This document shows, in pieces, positions 18,006 to 23,899 of a stretch of DNA of 23,899 nucleotides; position 1 is the first letter of the stretch; every line of letters starts with the position of its first letter. Below the pieces are notes generated by a model. That model saw nothing but the letters and a program-made list of their open reading frames with translations, did not search any database and was not told the DNA's origin. The DNA is from an uncultured Pseudomonadota bacterium. GTDB lineage: Bacteria; BMS3Abin14. The stretch lies in assembly GCA_964454175.1 (NCBI GenBank), contig CAYVSA010000003.1, positions 1 to 23,899 of the forward strand. Reading direction: 5' to 3'. A program made the position numbers and the translations under genes.

Positions 18006-19368
18006 GAAGATCCTGGTGGTCGATGACGAGGACAGCGTCAGGAATATGATCTCCGTCCTGCTGCAGAAAGAGGAGTTCGATGCCAGCGGGGCAAGGAGCG
18101 GTGAGGAAGCTCTTCAGTTTTTGAGTGAGCGGACCTTTGACGCGGTCCTGTGTGATGTCCGTATGCCGGGGATGGATGGACTTGAGGTGCTCTCAACCAT
18201 AAGGTCCCTTTACCCGGAAACGACCGTAATAATGATGTCGGCTTTCGGAACCGTGGACCTCGCTGTAGAAGCCATGAAGCAGGGCGCCTACGATTACATA
18301 AGCAAGCCGTTCAAAACGGACGAGATCCTGATCACCCTGCGCAAGGCCCGGGAACGGGAGAGCCTGCGCAGGGAAAATGTCCAGTTGAGGGAGCAGATAG
18401 AAGAGAAATTTTCTCTGGAAAACGTCATCGCCAAGAGCCCGTCGATGGTCAAAATAATCGATACTGCCCGGAAAGTGGCAGGCTACAGGAGCCACGTCCT
18501 GATAACGGGAGAGAGTGGGACGGGGAAAGAGGTCCTGGCCCGGGCGATCCACAATCTCAGCCCGTGGAAGGATGGACCTTTCGTGGGTGTTAACTGCGGA
18601 GCGGTACCATCATCCCTGTTGGAAAGTGAGTTTTTCGGTCATGTTAGAGGGGCTTTTACGGATGCTGTTGTGGATAAGACCGGCCTCTTTGAAGAGGCTG
18701 CAGAAGGTACGCTATTCCTCGACGAGATCGGAGAGATCCCCCTTGAGGTCCAGATAAAGTTCCTGAGGGCTATTCAGGAAGGGGAGATCCGCAGGGTTGG
18801 CGAGTCCAAAACAGTGAAGGTAAGCCCCAGGATCATTGCAGCGACAGCGGTGGACCTCGAAAAGGCAGTTAAAACCGGATCGTTCAGAGAGGATCTTTAC
18901 TACAGGCTCAGCGTTGTGCCCATCCACATCCCGCCTCTCAGGGAGAGAAGGGAAGACATCAAGCCTCTGGCCGAGCACCTGCTGAACCTGATCGCCTTCA
19001 GGGTCGGCGGTCACGATATGCACCTGACCCCGGGAGGGATGAAAGCCCTCCTGGGCTACCCGTGGCCGGGTAACGTCAGAGAGCTGGAAAATCTGCTTGA
19101 AAGAGCTGTCATCTTGTCGGGTTCAGCCGAACTCAGTGAGGACCAGATCACACCACTGCTGGCTGGCTTTGAAGAGGGCACAGGGACTGATGAGGTGTCA
19201 GATGAACTTTCCATCAAGAAGTCCGTTCGTGAACTGGAGCGAAGATTGATCGTCAGGGCCCTTCAGAAAACCATGTACAATAGAAGCAAGGCAGCCAGGC
19301 TCCTCGAGATCAGCCACAGGGCCCTGCTTTACAAGATAAAGGATTACGGGGTACAGGTCCCCCGTTAG
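17995..19368 (+). CDS. Sigma54-dependent response regulator (PilR2-like)
   Basis: Receiver domain, GESGTGKE, GAFTDA, FLDEI, WPGNVREL and HTH ALLYKIK. Start moved to ATG 17995 (GGGAGG at 17982-17987). Confidence 0.9.
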   Translation: MEFKKILVVDDEDSVRNMISVLLQKEEFDASGARSGEEALQFLSERTFDAVLCDVRMPGMDGLEVLSTIRSLYPETTVIMMSAFGTVDLAVEAMKQGAYDYISKPFKTDEILITLRKARERESLRRENVQLREQIEEKFSLENVIAKSPSMVKIIDTARKVAGYRSHVLITGESGTGKEVLARAIHNLSPWKDGPFVGVNCGAVPSSLLESEFFGHVRGAFTDAVVDKTGLFEEAAEGTLFLDEIGEIPLEVQIKFLRAIQEGEIRRVGESKTVKVSPRIIAATAVDLEKAVKTGSFREDLYYRLSVVPIHIPPLRERREDIKPLAEHLLNLIAFRVGGHDMHLTPGGMKALLGYPWPGNVRELENLLERAVILSGSAELSEDQITPLLAGFEEGTGTDEVSDELSIKKSVRELERRLIVRALQKTMYNRSKAARLLEISHRALLYKIKDYGVQVPR

Positions 19369-19400
19369 GAGTTCGGCATCAGGAGGAAAATAGTTAAGCA

Positions 19401-19422
19401 GTGCTATGAAAAAAGTTCATAG
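19401..19422. promoter_or_regulatory. Dyad CTATGAA-N5-TTCATAG, putative activator site of the minor-pilin operon
   Basis: Perfect 7-bp inverted repeat at 19404-19422, centred about 60 bp upstream of the -24 element. Confidence 0.6.
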
Positions 19423-19470
19423 GCTGTTGACCTCATACCCTGAGAGATGCATAAAATGGGCATCTGTACA

Positions 19471-19486
19471 TGGAACGCCTTTTGCT
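19471..19486 (+). promoter_or_regulatory. Sigma54 (-24/-12) promoter of the fimT-pilV-pilW operon
   Basis: TGGAAC-GCCTT-TTGCT has correct GG-N10-GC spacing with one mismatch to consensus; it lies just downstream of a sigma54 activator gene. Confidence 0.78.
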
Positions 19487-19523
19487 AAATACAAAAGGAG
19501 ATAAATGCGAATTGGAGATTGCT

Positions 19524-20159
19524 ATGATTGGCAGGTTTAATGGAGAAAAGGGTGTAACACTCATAGAGTTGATGCTGGTGGTTGTCATAATCGGCATCAT
19601 TCTTTCGGTGGGTACCTATAATTTTCTCCAGGAGCTCCCCACCTATCGTCTGAGGGGGGCGGCAAACAAGATTGGGGCATCGGTGCAGTACATCAAGATG
19701 CGGGCGATAACCACCAACAGGAACGGCTGGTTCGTCGTTGATACGACAAATGACTTTTTCACGGGTTTTGTAGACGACGATGCGGATTCGGCGGTGGATG
19801 CTCCCGGCGAGTACACCATGTCCGGACTCGATGCTTCCGACACCGTGGCAGGGGTGCCGGGATTTCTCCTCCCGCAGGATGTTTCTTTCGGTATGCCCAC
19901 AACCTATGCCGGAAGCGGGCCCGACGGAGTGGCCCCGGGGGGTGACACAGACGGTGTTTTTGTGTCAGGAAAACCGGGCGAGAACGACGTCGGTTTCAGG
20001 CCAACGGGACTTCCTGTTGTGGACCTGTCGGCAATATCAAGTCCCACTGAGTCAGTAATAATATTTCTCAAGAACACCAGGGAACAGGGCTATGCAGTGT
20101 CAGTTGGAGTTACGGGCAGGGTAAAGATCTACCAATGGTCAGGGGGCAGCTGGCAATGA
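19524..20159 (+). CDS. Minor pilin, FimT/FimU (GspH) family
   Basis: EKG|VTLIELM signal; RLRGAA...RAI helix and F.PTG / V.VGVTGRV C-terminal pattern typical of the family. Start moved to ATG 19524 (GGAG at 19514-19517) because ATG 19470 overlaps the promoter. Confidence 0.85.
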   Translation: MIGRFNGEKGVTLIELMLVVVIIGIILSVGTYNFLQELPTYRLRGAANKIGASVQYIKMRAITTNRNGWFVVDTTNDFFTGFVDDDADSAVDAPGEYTMSGLDASDTVAGVPGFLLPQDVSFGMPTTYAGSGPDGVAPGGDTDGVFVSGKPGENDVGFRPTGLPVVDLSAISSPTESVIIFLKNTREQGYAVSVGVTGRVKIYQWSGGSWQ

Positions 20160-20671
20160 AAAGGATAACTTTAATGAAGAGTATCAGGCAACCATACAGG
20201 AGTTCAGGTTTTTCCCTTCTTGAGCTTCTAATAGCAATGGCCATATTTGCCATTGGGATCCTCGGGATAGTCAAGCTCCAGATGCAGAGCGGCTACGGCA
20301 ATACCTCGGCGCGGCACATGTCATCGGCTGTTAATCTTGCCAGGAACAAGGTCGAGGAACTGAAAAAGATCAGGGAGTACTACATCCCCACTACCGGTGG
20401 GACGGAGATAGTGGGCACCGACCTGGTGGATCCGGACAGCGGTAACGACCTTGCCAACTGGACTACCCCGGATCATTCAGACGGGGCTCTTCTCGCCGAG
20501 GACGGGTCCGCCGGCGGGATATATACCAGGGCGTGGAATGTAGTGGACGATATGCCCGACACCGATGTCAAAACAGTCAGGGTCAGGGTGAGTTGGCCTG
20601 AAGGTTCGGTGACGCGTTCTGTAGTTCTGGACACACAGATAGCTCGCAAGAACCTCGACTATTATCAGTAG
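20156..20671 (+). CDS. pilV: Minor pilin, PilV-like
   Basis: SSG|FSLLELLIAMAIFAIGILG, A.NLA.NK.EEL and YTRAWNV...KTVRVRVSW; ATGA overlap with the fimT stop. Confidence 0.82.
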   Translation: MKRITLMKSIRQPYRSSGFSLLELLIAMAIFAIGILGIVKLQMQSGYGNTSARHMSSAVNLARNKVEELKKIREYYIPTTGGTEIVGTDLVDPDSGNDLANWTTPDHSDGALLAEDGSAGGIYTRAWNVVDDMPDTDVKTVRVRVSWPEGSVTRSVVLDTQIARKNLDYYQ

Positions 20672-20735
20672 TCTATTTAGCTGGAAATTAACTGAAACCG
20701 GCAGTGAAGGCGTTTGCCATTCAGGGAGGGATATC

Positions 20736-23700
20736 ATGATATCCAGGGCAGGCAGGTTTAAAATCAGCAGAATTGGCAGCAGGGCCGGCTTTACCTTTAT
20801 TGAGCTAATGATAGCTCTTCTGATAATGGGATTTCTCCTCACTGCTATCTACAGGGTTTTCACCTCCCAGGAAAGCATGTTCAGGGCCCAGGAACAGGCT
20901 GCCGAGATGCAGGAAAATATCAGAGCAACCACCGAGTTCCTCCACCAGGAGATGTCGTGGTTAGGGTACAGCGTCTCGGACCTGGCCGTAGTCTACGCTG
21001 GGGCCAGCCAGATAATCTACAAGTCGAATCTGCCCAACACGGGCAGTACCGTCAGCTTCATCCGATACACTTACGATGCCACCAACGAGAGCATCATGAG
21101 GGCTGTGGAAAGTACGCTGGTCGGCGCCCAGAACAACAACAATCTTAAGGTCCTCGCAAATGACGTTGACTCGCTGACGTTTTCATACTTCGACGGGTTT
21201 GGTACCGAGATAACTGCGATACCAGCGGTCAGCCCGACCAACGACAACGCCCTCGCAACAATACGACGGGTCCGTTCGGCAGTGGTGGTCAAATCAGCCA
21301 GGCCGGACTGGAATTACACCCATCCGACGGAAGGGGATAACTACAGGAGGCGGTCCTCCGTAGTCGATGTAAAGACCAGGAACGTCGAGGACGTGACTGT
21401 CGCCGGACTGGGTGTCGGGACAGGTACCTGCTCGTCATTTACCATGAACGTAACATACCCTGGTGTTGCCGGACGCTATTCAGCCTGTGATGACAAACAG
21501 GATGAGATAGCCACCAGTACGCAGGTCATTACTGATAATCCCTTGGTAACGGTTACTGTCGTCGATCCTGATGGTGCTCCGGACAACAACACGCCGGTAT
21601 CAATATCGGCAGACCACGGATATATCTTCAAGGACTCAGGCGGGACTGAAAGGAGCGTTATATCCGGCAGGTCCAACGGTATCGGGAACGTTTACCTGGG
21701 GGCTGGCATGACAGCCATTGCTACCGAGGGCACTGTGGTCACCGTCAGCACTTTTTTCACCCCCCCTGAGGCGGGGTGCCTCCAGCTTTCAAATACGGAG
21801 GTATTAACTATCACAAGCGGAAGCCCATCCAGGTTTGACACCACAGCACCGTACGGTACCAACAAGATGGACCTGAATTATATTGCCCTTGACAGCGGCA
21901 CCAACATCTCTCCAGCACCCTCCACAATGGCTATCTGCTCTTCTGCCAGCAACGTCGGTGCAAAGCTTGCCGTTCGTGTAGAGGACGACTGCGAAAACGG
22001 GATCGAGGGTGAAACGGTTGCCTATTCCATCAACCCGTCGGGCAAGGGAAGCTTCCAGGCGGGTACAAGTGACAATGGCGACGGCTCATATGACATTGTT
22101 TACGCCCCTCCGGACACCATTACTACGGGGGCCACCTCCGAGACCGTCACGATCAGCGCCCAGTGGGGTACGGCTACAGCGTCCAGCACCATTACCCTGG
22201 TACCGGGAGCGGCCTACGATATTGCCATTAACTCCATTGAAGGCCCCAAGGACGGGGGAGGCAGCTACCTATATCAGTTTACCAGCCCGACCAGCAACTC
22301 CTTTAACATTGAGCGGGTCAGCAACCAGCACGTGCAGATCAATTTCTCGGTGTTAGACGCCTGCGGCAACAGGGTCTTCGGCCGGGCACCGAACCTCACC
22401 GCGACCCCGAGCTACGGGAGCGTTACTACAATAACTGCTGAAGCTGACGGCACCTACACCCTTGACTGGTACTCTCCCTTCGGATGCGGCCCCGCTATCA
22501 GCAGCCAGACCATTATCATTAACGACTCTGGCATCTCCACTGCCCTTGCCAATGAGACCGTGGACTTTAACCTCCTGGCAAGCCTGGAGCCAAGGCTCAA
22601 CCTGAGTGTATCAAAGGGCGGCAGCCCGGTCGAGCTGTCGGCAGGATGCACAGCAGATGAGGTTGATATATCTGCCGTCCTCCAGGAATATGATCCTGTG
22701 GTGGACGAGTGCGTCAACATCGTCAGGCCGGAAGGCTCAGTAACGGATTACTATGGAGTGACATTTACTGTGACGGGTGCCGGCGCGGGCCTCGGCAACG
22801 GGTCTTTTTCACACTCAGACCTCACACAGGACACTGTCACCACCAATACCGACACCCTGGGTTATGCGTACGCGGTCCTCAACCCTGGTTCAGGGATGAA
22901 GGACCAGATCTTTACTGTCACTGCCAACGCTGATGTGGACGGGGAGATCTACCCGCAGACGGCTTCGGTCCAGGTGCCCCTGTCAGTGAGCACACCCAGC
23001 ACAGCGAGCGGGTTTTACGACAGCATCTACTCGGCCAAGAAGGGGGTCAACGAGTCCGTACGGCATTACGATCCGGGAGACACCATGTACTTCCAGGTAG
23101 GTGACTGCGACGAGAACGAGTACGTGTTCCAGGCAGATCCTCTGGGCGCTCCGGCAGTCTCTGTTGTCCTTGTCAGCGAACTCACAGGGGACAGCGAAAA
23201 GATATCTCTCACCGAGACCGGTGCCAACTCAGCCACCTTCAGGTTCCCCTCCGGTTTGGTAACCGAACTGAATACCGTTCCAAGTGCCAACGATTCCACG
23301 CTGCAGGTAGACTACGGCGACAAGGTGACAATGACGTACATAGACAACGACGATCCCTCACCCGCAACCAATTACACCTATGACGTCTTCATATCCGGCC
23401 CCAGGTGGTTGAATCTCTACAAAGATAACGGTGATGGTACCGAGAGCGTTATTATTTCAGGCGGAAGCCAGGTTCTCACCATGTACAACAACGACAAGCT
23501 CCGGCCAAAGGTATATATTCCAAGGCTGGAGGGAGACTCCTCCTTGAGCACGGATCTCGTTACGATCCTGGACAGCTCCGGCAGCGGGGGTGAATCTGAG
23601 ACTGTTACCCTCCGGGAGTCTGCCGATACCGGAATATTTGTTCCCGATAGTTCGACTTACGGTCAGGACTACATCCTGATGTCCACATCAGGGTCGGTGC

Positions 23701-23899
23701 CTCTGGCGCAGGAACTCTTTTTGCCTTACACACCCAAGACCATTACAGTACAGTATCCCGATACAGGCTCCATTAAGAGCGCGTCCTTTGTGATAGAGGA
23801 CGAGGACCTGCCAGAGGTCAGAGTCGATGCACCGACTGACGGTTCCACGGTGTCGGGCACTGTTACGGTGCAGGTTTACGCCGAAGACATCAACAACAC
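20736..23899 (+). CDS. Giant PilW-position minor pilin fused to tandem Ig-like domains (partial, at least 1054 aa, runs off window)
   Basis: Manual translation from ATG 20736 (GGGAGG at 20724-20729): MISRAGRFKISRIGSRAG|FTFIELMIALLIMG...EMQENIR...VLANDVDSLTFSYFD...IRRVR...VDVKTRN (aa 216), then no stop codon before the window end. The remainder is beta-rich, T/S/D/G/V-rich sequence with invasin/Big-type motifs. Confidence 0.88.
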   Translation, partial: MISRAGRFKISRIGSRAGFTFIELMIALLIMGFLLTAIYRVFTSQESMFRAQEQAAEMQENIRATTEFLHQEMSWLGYSVSDLAVVYAGASQIIYKSNLPNTGSTVSFIRYTYDATNESIMRAVESTLVGAQNNNNLKVLANDVDSLTFSYFDGFGTEITAIPAVSPTNDNALATIRRVRSAVVVKSARPDWNYTHPTEGDNYRRRSSVVDVKTRNVEDVTVAGLGVGTGTCSSFTMNVTYPGVAGRYSACDDKQDEIATSTQVITDNPLVTVTVVDPDGAPDNNTPVSISADHGYIFKDSGGTERSVISGRSNGIGNVYLGAGMTAIATEGTVVTVSTFFTPPEAGCLQLSNTEVLTITSGSPSRFDTTAPYGTNKMDLNYIALDSGTNISPAPSTMAICSSASNVGAKLAVRVEDDCENGIEGETVAYSINPSGKGSFQAGTSDNGDGSYDIVYAPPDTITTGATSETVTISAQWGTATASSTITLVPGAAYDIAINSIEGPKDGGGSYLYQFTSPTSNSFNIERVSNQHVQINFSVLDACGNRVFGRAPNLTATPSYGSVTTITAEADGTYTLDWYSPFGCGPAISSQTIIINDSGISTALANETVDFNLLASLEPRLNLSVSKGGSPVELSAGCTADEVDISAVLQEYDPVVDECVNIVRPEGSVTDYYGVTFTVTGAGAGLGNGSFSHSDLTQDTVTTNTDTLGYAYAVLNPGSGMKDQIFTVTANADVDGEIYPQTASVQVPLSVSTPSTASGFYDSIYSAKKGVNESVRHYDPGDTMYFQVGDCDENEYVFQADPLGAPAVSVVLVSELTGDSEKISLTETGANSATFRFPSGLVTELNTVPSANDSTLQVDYGDKVTMTYIDNDDPSPATNYTYDVFISGPRWLNLYKDNGDGTESVIISGGSQVLTMYNNDKLRPKVYIPRLEGDSSLSTDLVTILDSSGSGGESETVTLRESADTGIFVPDSSTYGQDYILMSTSGSVPLAQELFLPYTPKTITVQYPDTGSIKSASFVIEDEDLPEVRVDAPTDGSTVSGTVTVQVYAEDINN

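Noticed and set aside
19470-19523. ORF-track start of fimT
   Set aside because: It overlaps the sigma54 promoter; ATG 19524 has an RBS and gives a normal short leader peptide.
19505-19540. 11-codon uORF MRIGDCYDWQV after AAGGAG, overlapping the fimT start
   Set aside because: RBS spacing is only 4 nt and the RBS straddles the predicted transcription start; there is no other support.
21752-21766. T6/C7 homopolymers (also T7 runs in the ligase-like and wecA genes) as phase-variation tracts
   Set aside because: The runs are short, the frames are intact, and T runs are expected in Phe-rich membrane proteins.
325-23299. Numerous antisense and alternate-frame ORFs in the track (e.g. 15613..16311 -, 9895..10506 -, 8739..9266 +, 22009..22356 +)
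   Set aside because: They lie almost wholly within well-supported genes and show no recognisable motifs, so they are treated as shadow ORFs.
20736-23899. N-glycosylation sequon enrichment in the giant pilin (about 14 N-x-S/T)
   Set aside because: The count is about what an Asn/Ser/Thr-rich protein would give by chance. Only DWNYT fits D/E-x-N-x-S/T, and no PglB-like gene is seen in the window.

Overview
This window is a type IVa pilus locus of deltaproteobacterial (Desulfobacterota/Myxococcota-like) organisation; the lineage is inferred from gene order and protein style only. Order: pilT-pilC-pilS-pilR, a pilin paralog, a sigma54-driven pilA with terminator, then a six-gene glycosylation block (O-antigen-ligase-like/TPR protein, inverted GT2, WecA/MraY-like transferase, GT-C-like membrane protein, UDP-galactopyranose-mutase-like flavoprotein, GT4). 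It continues with pilD, a second sensor kinase/sigma54 activator pair, and a second sigma54 promoter before fimT/U-pilV-pilW. The main novelty is missing from the ORF track because it runs off the window end. By manual translation, the PilW-position gene (20736..>23899) is an uninterrupted ORF of at least 1054 aa. It joins a normal ~216-aa PilW-type pilin to a long string of Ig-like/invasin-like modules with 10 patterned cysteines, making it a candidate minor-pilin-adhesin fusion. Also notable: one dyad motif is shared between the minor-pilin promoter and the divergent glycosylation promoter region, and two heptamer repeat arrays upstream of wecA are complementary in register. All family assignments come from motif recognition by eye; no searches were run.
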